A DNA stretch of 48,942 bases, from the NCBI GenBank assembly GCA_051819765.1, contig JBNJGT010000002.1, positions 1 to 48,942 on the forward strand. The letters run 5' to 3'. Made by a program: the position numbers and the translations under genes. Source of the DNA: Nanobdellota archaeon (GTDB lineage: Archaea > Nanobdellota > Nanobdellia > Woesearchaeales > JACJVW01). The number at the start of each line of letters is the position of its first letter. Positions within the stretch are counted from its first letter, which is position 1. The notes beneath the pieces are model-generated. The model was given only the letters and a program-made list of their open reading frames with translations, ran no database searches and had not been told where the DNA came from. Shown here piece by piece: positions 26,108-35,430 of this stretch.

Positions 26108-27287
26108 ACATGATTTCTATGATATCCCGGTGATTGAGAGGCTGGTCCTTGCCGATAGGTTTCTTTGAGCGCACGTCAATCGCTTTGATGAAATTCTTGC
26201 CGAAATCAGTATGCAGCCGGTAGGCAAAATCTAAGGCTGTCGTTCCCGGCGGCATCAGGAAGCAGTCCGGCAACACGTTTCCGTCTGAATCCGTAAGCTT
26301 GTTCACCCCTCCGGGAAAAATGGCGATATACGACAATACAGTGAACACCGCAGAATCCAGGATTGCCTGCACTCCTGTCTCTCCGAACTCGTCGAGCACA
26401 CTGGTCTTGATGAAATCAAGTGCCTTCTGCTGCGCCTCACTGGGGGTACCCTTTGATTCAAATGATGATGCTCCGGGAATATACTCGATGAGCTCATGCT
26501 TTGCCGCCTCCTTGAGCGCAAGCTCTGACTCAGCAGAGCACCCGATGATAGTGTGTTCGGGGAAACGCTCCTTGAGGGTTGCAAGGTTCTTCTTGCCTGT
26601 TGGGGTATCCACCTTGTTTGCCGCAATCACCATAGGCTTTGTGGCTTTGCGGAATTCAGTCACCACAGCCTTCAGGTCGTCCTCGCTCCAGGCAGTAAGG
26701 TCTGATGGGAGTTTCAGTTTCGCAAAGGTCTCCTTAACAAGATCCTCTGTCACCCTCAGCCCGGAGAACTGCCTGGCGATTGCCTTGGTGGGGTCAGCCT
26801 GTTCCTGCCTGATAGTCCGTGAGAACTTATCCCACACCCGTCTGAAGATACCAAGGTACCACATGTCAAGCTCATGATCGAGGAATATGATGTCTTTACC
26901 CGGGTCATAACTACCTGCCTCAACAGGTTCGCCTTTATCATTGGTTCCCCCGCTCACATCGATCACATGGATCAGGCAGTCAGCCTGGCGCAGGTCATCC
27001 AGGAATTGGTTCCCCATGCCCTTGCCTTCATAAGCGCCCGGTACAAGGCCTGCCACATCGATGATGTCCACTGGCACAAAACGCGTGTCCTTGCTTCGGA
27101 AGCCCTCCCGCGGGTTGCACTCGCGTCCGAAGTCCTTGCACACGCACTCGACCCGCACGAATCCCACCCCTTGGTTGGGTTTGATGGTCGCGAAGGGATA
27201 ATTGGCGATCTCCACGTTCATGAGGGTACTCGCCTTGAAGAATGTCGATTTTCCGCAATTGGGTTTCCCCACGATTCCAATTAACAT
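26097..27287 (-). CDS. ychF: Obg-family YchF/OLA1-like GTPase/ATPase with C-terminal TGS domain
   Basis: IGIVGKPNCGKSTFF (P-loop). C-terminal TTALDFAYRLHTDFGKNFIKAIDV is TGS-like. ATG 27287 is preferred over the TTG at 27293. Confidence 0.85.
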   Translation of the reverse strand: MLIGIVGKPNCGKSTFFKASTLMNVEIANYPFATIKPNQGVGFVRVECVCKDFGRECNPREGFRSKDTRFVPVDIIDVAGLVPGAYEGKGMGNQFLDDLRQADCLIHVIDVSGGTNDKGEPVEAGSYDPGKDIIFLDHELDMWYLGIFRRVWDKFSRTIRQEQADPTKAIARQFSGLRVTEDLVKETFAKLKLPSDLTAWSEDDLKAVVTEFRKATKPMVIAANKVDTPTGKKNLATLKERFPEHTIIGCSAESELALKEAAKHELIEYIPGASSFESKGTPSEAQQKALDFIKTSVLDEFGETGVQAILDSAVFTVLSYIAIFPGGVNKLTDSDGNVLPDCFLMPPGTTALDFAYRLHTDFGKNFIKAIDVRSKKPIGKDQPLNHRDIIEIMSKT

Positions 27288-27308
27288 GAACAAGGAAAAA
27301 AAGGGGGC

Positions 27309-27316
27309 CTTTATAA
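27309..27316 (-). promoter_or_regulatory. TATA box (TTATAAAG on minus strand) of the ychF-like gene
   Basis: 22 nt upstream of the ATG at 27287. Confidence 0.5.
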
Positions 27317-27523
27317 GTTTTCGCTATGGTCCTTTTCCAGGACGCCCGTCACTTCCATGTAGCAAGCCTGCAATGATTCTGAGGGGTCCCTCTGGGACCA
27401 ATGCCTCGACAGTTTCTTTCGCTCTACTCCTCTTCAGGAGTGCTCTCTTTGCCCGGCACATACTGGCAAGTCCTTGGCGAAAGCGCAAGCGCTTATGCAC
27501 CTGCTCCGTTGCCTAAAAAAGGT

Positions 27524-27616
27524 TCAAAATTCCTGTAGTTTCAGATATCGATCCTTCTGCAACAGGAAGTCGATCTCCTGCTTGTTCAACCCCTTGAAAT
27601 GGCCTGGTACTCGCAT
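27524..27616 (-). CDS. Candidate 30-aa small protein MRVPGHFKGLNKQEIDFLLQKDRYLKLQEF
   Basis: Absent from the track (<60 aa). It has TTTATAAA (27649-27656) 33 nt upstream, SD GAGGTGA 5 nt before the ATG, and a T6 run right after the stop. Confidence 0.35.
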   Translation of the reverse strand: MRVPGHFKGLNKQEIDFLLQKDRYLKLQEF

Positions 27617-27697
27617 GTCTATCACCTCATGAGCAATAAGGTCCTTCTTTTATAAATACCCTGTGAAGGAATTCTCTAGGTCTGCCATTCACAAGTT

Positions 27698-27705
27698 TTT
27701 TAAAT
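27698..27705 (+). promoter_or_regulatory. TATA box (TTTTAAAT)
   Basis: 23 nt upstream of the ATG at 27728. Confidence 0.55.
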
Positions 27706-27727
27706 TTCCACCAAGTAGTAGGGATTC

Positions 27728-28441
27728 ATGGCGCACTTCGTCTTCAGCCCTGAGTGGTTCTTGGGAAAGGATATTCTGGTTGACTTCATAAGTCTCGCCG
27801 CCCTTTCACTGATCGCTTGGGTCACCTTCCAGTTCTATCGCGTCAACCATAAGAAAGAGCATAAGCTCATGGCGGTTTCATTCGGATTGTTAGCGGTCTC
27901 ATTCCTGGCAAAGATTCTGACCTACGCGGTTATCTACTATTACCAATACCTGCATCTCCGGGATATTGACGTGGTTGCAACCGTTGCTGACACCACCTTC
28001 CATGGCATCCGTTACTCCTACATCTTTTTTGCCCTGGGCTTCTCCTTTTTTCGGCTTGCTCATCTGGCTGGCCTCTACTTCCTTTATTCTGTCTATCAGG
28101 AAAAGAAATCCTTGTCAGACACATTGATAATCCTGTTCCTCTTTTTCATGATAACCTATTTTAGCCATAACAGCTACTTCGCGTTCCATCTGACCGGACT
28201 GGTACTCCTGCTGCTCATGACATGGCGCTATTACCAGATCTACTTACGCAATCAGCTTGTGACAACCCGCAATCTCATGCTCAGTTTCCTTATCATCGCC
28301 CTCAGCCAGGCGATATTCATCTTCCAGACAAACCCTGCCTATTATGTTGCCGCAGAACTCATCCAGTTCCTTGGCTACTTCACATTGCTTATCACGTTTT
28401 TCACGGTACTCTACAATGGCAAAAAAAAGAAGTCGCACTGA
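27728..28441 (+). CDS. Polytopic integral membrane protein, unknown function
   Basis: 237 aa, about 7 hydrophobic segments, ends KKKKSH. No catalytic motif recognised. Confidence 0.65.
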   Translation: MAHFVFSPEWFLGKDILVDFISLAALSLIAWVTFQFYRVNHKKEHKLMAVSFGLLAVSFLAKILTYAVIYYYQYLHLRDIDVVATVADTTFHGIRYSYIFFALGFSFFRLAHLAGLYFLYSVYQEKKSLSDTLIILFLFFMITYFSHNSYFAFHLTGLVLLLLMTWRYYQIYLRNQLVTTRNLMLSFLIIALSQAIFIFQTNPAYYVAAELIQFLGYFTLLITFFTVLYNGKKKKSH

Positions 28442-28688
28442 CATCATCTATGACATGTTGACTGCAATCCAGAGGAAAGGAGGATATATCAAACCCACGC
28501 ATCTCATGTACAAGGCCAACCTTTCCTATAAGCAGATGAATCTCTATCTTGATGACCTCCTAGAAAATGCCGTGGTTGAGCGTATCCAGGAGAACAAGAA
28601 CGACTACATCGCCATCACAGACAAGGGTTCCCATTTTCTGAATAAGATCCGTGAGATGCGCGAGTTTGACAGTGCTTTTGGTATCTAG
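28416..28688 (+). CDS. Small winged-helix DNA-binding protein (archaeal HTH_45/ArnR-like)
   Basis: MAKKRSRTDIIYDMLTAIQRKGGYIKPTHLMYKANLSYKQMNLYLDDLLENAVVE. Start set at the internal ATG 28416, which overlaps the end of the membrane protein gene. Confidence 0.6.
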   Translation: MAKKRSRTDIIYDMLTAIQRKGGYIKPTHLMYKANLSYKQMNLYLDDLLENAVVERIQENKNDYIAITDKGSHFLNKIREMREFDSAFGI

Positions 28689-29121
28689 GGTGTATGGGTC
28701 TTTGCCGTGCGACCTCCTCAAGCACCTGCTCGTATGCTGTCTCGTTTTGCATGAGCATGATGATGTGGTCTTTTGAAAGCAGCTCCTCGCTTGCGGATTC
28801 GATGAGTGCGCCTATATCGCGAAGGCCTGTCACCGCCATCGCAAACGCGTCAGCATGTGCCTCGCCCCCATCGGTGTGGCCAAGAAGCGCGTGACCATAC
28901 TCATGCGCCTTGAAATAGGCTTTGACCTGCTCATCCGCAAAGGTATGGTTGAAGATGACGTAGGGCTCACCTACCGCTGTGAACGGCGCGGTCACAAGCT
29001 CTGACTCAAAATAAACTATTCCCCGCTCACGGGAGGCACGCTCATAATCAAACCTGCCATACCGGGCAATAAGGTCTTCGATCTCCATGTATGTTACGAG
29101 GTGGTTGTTCTTAAAAAGCAT
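28615..29121 (-). CDS. ImmA/IrrE-like zinc metallopeptidase (HExxH)
   Basis: KAHEYGHALLGH motif. SD GAGGTG lies 5 nt upstream of the ATG at 29121. The 3' end overlaps the convergent wHTH gene by 74 nt. Confidence 0.6.
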   Translation of the reverse strand: MLFKNNHLVTYMEIEDLIARYGRFDYERASRERGIVYFESELVTAPFTAVGEPYVIFNHTFADEQVKAYFKAHEYGHALLGHTDGGEAHADAFAMAVTGLRDIGALIESASEELLSKDHIIMLMQNETAYEQVLEEVARQRPIHPRYQKHCQTRASHGSYSENGNPCL

Positions 29122-29154
29122 ATCTGCACCTCTCTTGAAAATCTTTCATAAACA

Positions 29155-29162
29155 TTTATTAA
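29155..29162. promoter_or_regulatory. Near-palindromic TATA box (TTTATTAA) in the spacer between the ImmA-like gene and ABCE1
   Basis: 24 nt upstream of the ABCE1 ATG (29186) and 34 nt from the minus-strand ATG at 29121, which has an SD. Confidence 0.5.
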
Positions 29163-29185
29163 CACCTGCCATTTCTTCTTTCTTG

Positions 29186-30940
29186 ATGACGAGGATAGCA
29201 ATTGTTGACAAGGAACGCTGTAATCCTGTAAAATGCGGAGACCTATGCATAAAGCTGTGCCCGGTCAACCGCACCGGTAAGGAATGCATCAGGAAAGACG
29301 AAGAAGGAAAGGCTGCGATAGAGGAAGATCTCTGCACCGGCTGCGGCATCTGTTCCAACCGCTGTCCCTTTGATGCGATCTCAATAATCAACCTGCCAGA
29401 GGAACTCAACAATACCCCTATCCATCAATACGGTATGAATGGATTCCACCTCTACAATCTGCCTGTCCCGATTTTTGGCAAAGTGGTAGGGATCCTGGGA
29501 AGAAATGGCATCGGTAAATCAACTGCCTTCAAGGTTCTCGCAGGTATCATGAAACCCAACCTGGGTGAGGATGGCAAGGAGGCGACCTCCAAAGAACTCA
29601 TTGGCTTCTTCAAGGGAACTGAAGCGCAGCTTTTTTTCGAGAAACTGTCTGCAGGAAAGATCACCATCTCATACAAGCCGCAACAGGTAGAGATGATCCC
29701 TCGTGTCCAGGAAGGTACCATCAGGGATCTTCTGGAAAAGGTTGATGAGAAGGACGGCTTTGACCGCATCATCGAGATCCTTGAGCTCCAGCACATACTG
29801 GACACAGACATCAAGGACGTCTCCGGTGGGGAGCTCCAGCGGGTAGCGATTGCCGCTGCTTCACTGAAGGATGCGAACGTCTATTTCTTCGATGAACCTA
29901 CCTCATATCTTGACATCAAGCAAAGGATCAAGGTTTCCCGCTTCATCCGCGAGATGGCAACCGATGAGGTTGCTGTCATGGTCGTTGAGCACGACTTGGT
30001 CATACTCGATCATATGACTGATAACATCCATATCATGTACGGGAAACCAGGCGCCTACGGGATTGTCTCCCAACCCAAGGCCACAAAGGCAGGCATCAAT
30101 ACCTATCTTTCCGGCTACCTGCGCGAAGAGAACATCCGCTTCCGTGATAAACCCTTGACCTTCGAGGAGAAGATCCCCACTAACACGATTGAGCGTCAGC
30201 CCATTGTCAGTTGGTCAGAGCTGAAAAAACAACTTGGTACCTTCAGCCTCACTGCCAATCCAGGGACACTCAAGAAGAACGAGGTGAGCGGTATCTTAGG
30301 CCCGAACGGGATCGGTAAGACAAGTTTCGTGAAACTCTTGGCAGGAGCATCCGAACCTGATGAAGGATCAATCGATGAATCCGTAAAGGTCAGTTATAAG
30401 CCCCAGTACCTTGTTTCATATTCAACAGAGCTGGTCCAGACTCTCCTCTCAGAAGCTGTTGAGAAATACGAGGCCGCAATCATCCGTCCTTTGGAGATAA
30501 AACCCTTGCTCTTGAAACAGGTCAATCAGCTCTCCGGTGGCGAGCTCCAGCGGGTCTCAATCGCGCTTGCCCTCTCAAAGGATGCAAACCTCTATCTTCT
30601 GGATGAGCCATCAGCCTACCTGGACGTGGAACAACGCCTCGTAGCATCCCGCATCATCCGTGATTTCATGGAACAGAAAGGGAAATCATGCCTCATCGTC
30701 GACCACGATCTCTTGTTCATCGACTATATCTCTGATTCCCTCATGGTCTTTGACGGGCAGCCTGCAAAGGCAGGGGTCTCAAGCGGCCCTTATACCATGG
30801 CAGAAGGCATGAACCGATTCCTGGACGGGCTGAACACCACCTTGCGCCGTGACCCTGAGAATCATCGGCCACGGGTCAATAAGCTCGGATCCCAGATGGA
30901 TCAGAAACAAAAAAGAGAAGGAAAATTGTATTATTCCTGA
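29186..30940 (+). CDS. abcE1: ABCE1 / RNase L inhibitor-type ribosome recycling ATPase
   Basis: N-terminal Fe-S motifs CNPVKCGDLCIKLCP and CTGCGICSNRCP. Two ABC cassettes (GRNGIGKST, GPNGIGKTS, and SGGELQRV twice). Confidence 0.93.
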   Translation: MTRIAIVDKERCNPVKCGDLCIKLCPVNRTGKECIRKDEEGKAAIEEDLCTGCGICSNRCPFDAISIINLPEELNNTPIHQYGMNGFHLYNLPVPIFGKVVGILGRNGIGKSTAFKVLAGIMKPNLGEDGKEATSKELIGFFKGTEAQLFFEKLSAGKITISYKPQQVEMIPRVQEGTIRDLLEKVDEKDGFDRIIEILELQHILDTDIKDVSGGELQRVAIAAASLKDANVYFFDEPTSYLDIKQRIKVSRFIREMATDEVAVMVVEHDLVILDHMTDNIHIMYGKPGAYGIVSQPKATKAGINTYLSGYLREENIRFRDKPLTFEEKIPTNTIERQPIVSWSELKKQLGTFSLTANPGTLKKNEVSGILGPNGIGKTSFVKLLAGASEPDEGSIDESVKVSYKPQYLVSYSTELVQTLLSEAVEKYEAAIIRPLEIKPLLLKQVNQLSGGELQRVSIALALSKDANLYLLDEPSAYLDVEQRLVASRIIRDFMEQKGKSCLIVDHDLLFIDYISDSLMVFDGQPAKAGVSSGPYTMAEGMNRFLDGLNTTLRRDPENHRPRVNKLGSQMDQKQKREGKLYYS

Positions 30941-31410
30941 TTCTCTTCGTCTGCTTCCTGGTTCTCACCAGCATCTTCGCCGGCGATATCAGTCACCTTG
31001 AGCTTGAAGTTCAGGTCCTTGCCAGCCAGCGGATGGTTCAGGTCAAGGGTTACAACTGAATCATTCACATCCACGACTGTTGCCGGAAGCTTCTTCCCGT
31101 CAGGGGTTTGTGCGACAAGCACCATGCCTGGCTGAAGTTCTTCTTCCATCTCCGGCATCTTGTCCTTTGGGACCTCCTGTTTGAGTTGTTCATTCGGTTC
31201 CCCGTACGCGTCTTCTGATTTGATATGCACGTCCTTTTCCTCATCGACCTGCATGCCTTCCACAGCGTCTTCGACGCCTTTGATGACTGCGCCTTCTCCT
31301 ACTTTGAATTCAAGAGGTTGACCATGTTTCTCACTGCTGTCAAAAACAGTACCATCATCAAGAGTGCCGGTATATTCAACTTTAATGGTATTTCCTTTCT
31401 CTACTTTCAT
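30931..31410 (-). CDS. FKBP-type peptidyl-prolyl isomerase (SlyD-like, with IF insert) and acidic tail
   Basis: IKVEYTGTLDDGTVFDSS and HPLAGKDLNFKLKV. SD GAGGTG upstream. 10-nt convergent overlap with ABCE1. Confidence 0.88.
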   Translation of the reverse strand: MKVEKGNTIKVEYTGTLDDGTVFDSSEKHGQPLEFKVGEGAVIKGVEDAVEGMQVDEEKDVHIKSEDAYGEPNEQLKQEVPKDKMPEMEEELQPGMVLVAQTPDGKKLPATVVDVNDSVVTLDLNHPLAGKDLNFKLKVTDIAGEDAGENQEADEENQE

Positions 31411-32600
31411 AATAACACCTCATGCCCTTGGGTTTTTTTGGTTTTTTTAAAAGTTTGCCTATGGAGCGCCTAGGGGTGTACTGTCAACATGCGCCAGAGC
31501 TGGAAAGAAAACGAGTGATACGAACTGAGGAAAATAGGAACCAGATCGCGCTTTAGTCGGAATCCTTGTACCACCTGAAGGAAATCCCACGTGCCCTCCT
31601 GTATAATGATTGAGGGCTAATCGAGCAACGCCACGCATCTCAGAAAATTATATGAACGTTGAATCCGTATAGAGGCAGAATATTATCAAGACTGATGCCC
31701 TATAGTGTTGTTGTTCCTTGGGTGAATCTCAGGGATCCCAATGCGGATTATTATGCTGCACCGGTAGAACGATATGATGGTTTCTCCGCTAGTTTTTGGG
31801 ATAAGAAAAGTCTGGATAGTTGGATAGGCTCCAAGATTTGAGTGATTCCTCGGTTCGATTTATGGATATGTTCAGAGGTGCCCCGCCTAAGATCACCAAA
31901 GTGGCCCAAATGGACCAAACAACATATGTTGCCTTGCCACATATCCCTGAGAAATATTCTCATCTTGAACACATCCCTGAATTTTTCAGAAAATATTTTC
32001 ATAGCTCAGGGTTTTAGCACCTCCTGTTTTTTACAAGTAGTTTACAAATAAATACTTTTCAGCTTCCTTTGGTTAGGATCTATCCTCCATAAATTTTACT
32101 CCCTGTGCGAACCATCTAGTCGGCCACTGTCACCGTTATCACTGTTGTTTGTCTTTTCAGGGTCTTCAGTTATGAGCGGATGATACTTTTTGAATGCTCT
32201 ACACGAGATTGAGTTCCTTCCAGCATATAGGTCTGCACCAAAAGAGATATACCTTTAAATGTAGTGATGATTCCAGGAAATTCAAGGGCTGGAAAGATGG
32301 CCTCTTAGTAATCTGACGTCTTCATCACTGATTTCATAAGGATTATGCAAATGTAGTAGCTTTAACATCCTCCTAAGGGCCTGAAAATGGAGTGTTCACA
32401 GTGCTAAAATCTTTCACGAACATTTCTGAGGATGAATTTCACAGCATAGTAACATGTTGCTGGTATATATAGCACAAAAAAACCCACATAGTCATATAGT
32501 ACCCCGAAGAGAAAAATACTTATGATGCTGAGAATCAAGAACGGACATCAGGCATTACGGTTCACGAGCCTGTAGAACATATAAAACTTACGCAAACAAA

Positions 32601-32608
32601 TATATATG
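32601..32608 (+). promoter_or_regulatory. TATA box (TATATATG)
   Basis: About 22 nt upstream of the ATG at 32629. Confidence 0.5.
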
Positions 32609-32628
32609 AAGAAGTCCTAGCAACAGCC

Positions 32629-33351
32629 ATGCGTCTCCTATCATGGAATGTGAACGGTATCCGTGCCGCTCTCAGGAACGGGTTCAACAAGGTCCTCGAA
32701 ACGGAACAACCAGACATCTTTCTCCTCCAGGAGACCAAGGTACAGGACTTCTCACTCGATTCATCCTATTACGAGTACTGGAACGATGCAGACAAGAAAG
32801 GTTACGCGGGAACAGCACTTCTCACAAAGACACAGCCCAAAGCCGTGACATTCGGTGAAGACACCGAGGGACGGGTCATAACCGCTGAGTTCGAGACATT
32901 CATCCTCATAAATGTCTACACCCCCAACTCCCAGCGGGAGCTCAAGCGCCTTGACTACCGGCAGGAATGGGACCGATGGTTCCTGGACTATCTTCTCTCC
33001 TTCAAGAAACCTGTGATAGTCGGTGGAGACCTCAATGTGGCCCACAAGGAGATTGACATCGCCCGTCCTCAGCAGAACCGCAGGAACGCAGGGTTCACCG
33101 ACGAGGAACGGCAAGGGTTCACCCGGTACATAGAGAACGGCTTCATAGATACATTCCGGGAATTCAACCAGGAACCAGGCAATTATACCTACTGGAGCTA
33201 TATGTTCAATGCCCGGCAAAAGAATATCGGGTGGCGCCTGGACTATTTCTGCGTCTCACAAAAAGCCAAGAAATGGTTGCAGGATGCATTCATCCGCTCA
33301 GACATCCACGGCTCAGACCATTGCCCTGTAGGGGTCATCCTCAAAACCTAA
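32629..33351 (+). CDS. xth: Exodeoxyribonuclease III / AP endonuclease
   Basis: RLLSWNVNGIRAA, FLLQETK and GSDHCPVG. Confidence 0.92.
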   Translation: MRLLSWNVNGIRAALRNGFNKVLETEQPDIFLLQETKVQDFSLDSSYYEYWNDADKKGYAGTALLTKTQPKAVTFGEDTEGRVITAEFETFILINVYTPNSQRELKRLDYRQEWDRWFLDYLLSFKKPVIVGGDLNVAHKEIDIARPQQNRRNAGFTDEERQGFTRYIENGFIDTFREFNQEPGNYTYWSYMFNARQKNIGWRLDYFCVSQKAKKWLQDAFIRSDIHGSDHCPVGVILKT

Positions 33352-33649
33352 GATACTGTTCTGCGAACTTGCCAATCAGGGGAAGTGGCGCTTTTTGCCG
33401 GTTCAACGCACTGATGATACCGATCAGCGCCATGATCAGGGTCACGAAATGGATCACCGGAATCAGGAAGACAGTCACCACCAGCAATGCTGCCATAAAT
33501 GACAGGCATAACGCGAAGACATACAGGTTTATCGCCTGCTTCACATGAAACTTTGCAAGGCTGCTCTTCCTCATCTTCTGGTCAGAAAAGAACCAGATGA
33601 TGCCAACCAGCACGTATGCCAGTGCTCCCGCGATATTATCATCCTTCAT
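33341..33649 (-). CDS. Small membrane protein (DUF4870-like)
   Basis: AGALAYVLVGIIWFFSDQKMRKSSLAKFHVKQAINLYVF. Start at ATG 33649, 1 nt after the upstream stop. Confidence 0.6.
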   Translation of the reverse strand: MKDDNIAGALAYVLVGIIWFFSDQKMRKSSLAKFHVKQAINLYVFALCLSFMAALLVVTVFLIPVIHFVTLIMALIGIISALNRQKAPLPLIGKFAEQYLRF

Positions 33650-33650
33650 G

Positions 33651-34631
33651 CTACCAACTCTCGATGAACGCTCCAATATATATGAAGACGATTGCGATAC
33701 CAAACAGCAATGCGCTGTCCGCAATGATTTTCAAGACATGCTTATCCCTGATGCTGTGCCTGATGAACACGACTGAAAGGATCCCGCCTGCAAGCGCAGC
33801 GATGAAAAAACCCGTCACCTCAAAGATGCCATGCAATAGCAATGGCGCAAGCGCCATCGGCAATGTCTTGAAATACACCGCAACCTTCCCAAAGGGGGAG
33901 GTGATAAGATGCATTGATCGGTTTATGATCTCTCCGATATAGACTCCGATGATTGACGCGTTCCACACCAGGACGAACAATGCCCCTGAGCCGAATATGA
34001 AAGAGGTCAGAAATACAAACAGCAATAGCTCGAAATTGTGCCCGAAGTAATGGTTTCGCATGAAACCTCGGCGCTCATGGAACTCCTCTGTCTCAGGCAC
34101 AAATATCAATGGCTCGCTTTGGTTCTCAATATATACCAGGTATTCCAATGAACCATCACCACCAAAATCCTTTACTTTGCAGTCACGGATGGGGTAAGTA
34201 TCTATATGCTGCGAGAGGATACTGCTGTCGCACTGGGGCTGCCAACCTCCTGCCATGGTCTCTCCCTCAAGGCTGATTATCTGCTCACTGAAAAGGTCTT
34301 GGGATTTCTCTGCTGGCAAGAACACATACCATAGTGAGAACCCGATGATAAACCCTGCGAACAAGAGCCCGTAGATCCTGAGGATACTGTAATTTTTCAG
34401 TCGGTACCATCGCTTTGCCTTCTCAAACCGCGATTCCTCGATCTCGATGAGTTTCACCATGATGGGGATCAACGGGATGATACTGAAAGTGATGATGAGC
34501 ACTGACGAACAGCGGGGAAATATGTTCAATGACAAAATGACTGCGATGCTTGCAATCAGGATTGCAAAAAGCATCATCACAAATGGCTTTCGCTGTGCCT
34601 TGAACGGCTGCAACAGCAGTTCAAAACTCAT
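33651..34631 (-). CDS. SpoIIM/DUF95-family membrane protein with a large extracytoplasmic insert
   Basis: LLLHGIFEVTGFFIAALAGG and LVWNASIIGVYIGE. Start at ATG 34631 forms an ATGA overlap with the trmI stop. Confidence 0.65.
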   Translation of the reverse strand: MSFELLLQPFKAQRKPFVMMLFAILIASIAVILSLNIFPRCSSVLIITFSIIPLIPIMVKLIEIEESRFEKAKRWYRLKNYSILRIYGLLFAGFIIGFSLWYVFLPAEKSQDLFSEQIISLEGETMAGGWQPQCDSSILSQHIDTYPIRDCKVKDFGGDGSLEYLVYIENQSEPLIFVPETEEFHERRGFMRNHYFGHNFELLLFVFLTSFIFGSGALFVLVWNASIIGVYIGEIINRSMHLITSPFGKVAVYFKTLPMALAPLLLHGIFEVTGFFIAALAGGILSVVFIRHSIRDKHVLKIIADSALLFGIAIVFIYIGAFIESW

Positions 34632-35398
34632 TGCAGGACCCTCCGACAAAAGCACAAGAATCCGCTATGATAGATAAGTGGGCGTTTTGGCCGTACTTTT
34701 CTGCCCCGTATCTCCCATTCGCGCTCATTGATCTCCACGATTGTTTCCACCTCAAGCCACTGCTCAAGACTGTTCACGAAATCCGTGATCTGCACGATGG
34801 ATGGGTTATACACCACAACAAACCCTCCCACCTTCAGGCTCTTCCTGATGGTTGCAAGCGCCTCCCAGGGTTCCGGCACATCAAGGGTCATCACATCAAG
34901 CTCTGTCTCCTCGATACCCTCATAGAGGTTGCCACGCTTGCAGGCAAGGCTGATGCCCAAGAGCTCTGCGTTGGCTCGTACCCGCTCCAGGTGGTCATCT
35001 CTGATATCATAGGTCGTGACCTCTCCCGCGAAATGGGCAAGCATGAGTGACAAAGCCCCTGATCCCGCGCCCGCATCAACGATCCGCGAGCCAGAAGAGA
35101 TTCCTGTCTTGGTGAGAATCGTGCCAATATCCTTTAAGGGTATCACCTGGGCAGACCGTGAGATCCGTTTGTAGTGATCGATGAACTGGGGAGTGAATGC
35201 CGTGAATTCCATGCCCTTATTTGAAGTGAAGAGGGAGCCGTCCGGTTGTGCAAGGTCCTCCTTTGAGATGATGCCTGAGTCAGAATGAAAATCCTGCTCC
35301 TCGTTTTTGACAAAATATTCCTTCTCTTTTCTCTTCACTGTACGATCAAGGTCAGGGATATACTCTTCCTTTCGTAGCCGCTTAACAATCCGTGCCAT
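34628..35398 (-). CDS. trmI: tRNA (adenine-N1)-methyltransferase, TrmI/Gcd14 family
   Basis: SAM motif RIVDAGAGSGALSLMLA. Family-typical N-terminal beta domain and length. Confidence 0.8.
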   Translation of the reverse strand: MARIVKRLRKEEYIPDLDRTVKRKEKEYFVKNEEQDFHSDSGIISKEDLAQPDGSLFTSNKGMEFTAFTPQFIDHYKRISRSAQVIPLKDIGTILTKTGISSGSRIVDAGAGSGALSLMLAHFAGEVTTYDIRDDHLERVRANAELLGISLACKRGNLYEGIEETELDVMTLDVPEPWEALATIRKSLKVGGFVVVYNPSIVQITDFVNSLEQWLEVETIVEINEREWEIRGRKVRPKRPLIYHSGFLCFCRRVLQ

Positions 35399-35430
35399 GG
35401 GTATCCAAAATAAGGTCAGCTTTAAATAAG

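Noticed and set aside
27324-27461. 45-codon minus-strand ORF MCRAKRALLKRSRAKETVEALVPEGPLRIIAGLLHGSDGRPGKGP.
   Set aside because: It has no SD or TATA at the appropriate spacing, and its 3' end runs into the ychF-like promoter. The composition looks like a chance ORF in GC-rich spacer.
32263-32331. Possible C/D-box sRNA: GTGATGA at 32264-32270, with CTGA at 32313-32316 and 32328-32331.
   Set aside because: There is no internal C'/D' pair at the usual ~12-nt guide spacing and no terminal stem. The box-like sequences are simply the two arms of a Watson-Crick inverted repeat (AGTGATGA/TCATCACT), which is not how a kink-turn forms.
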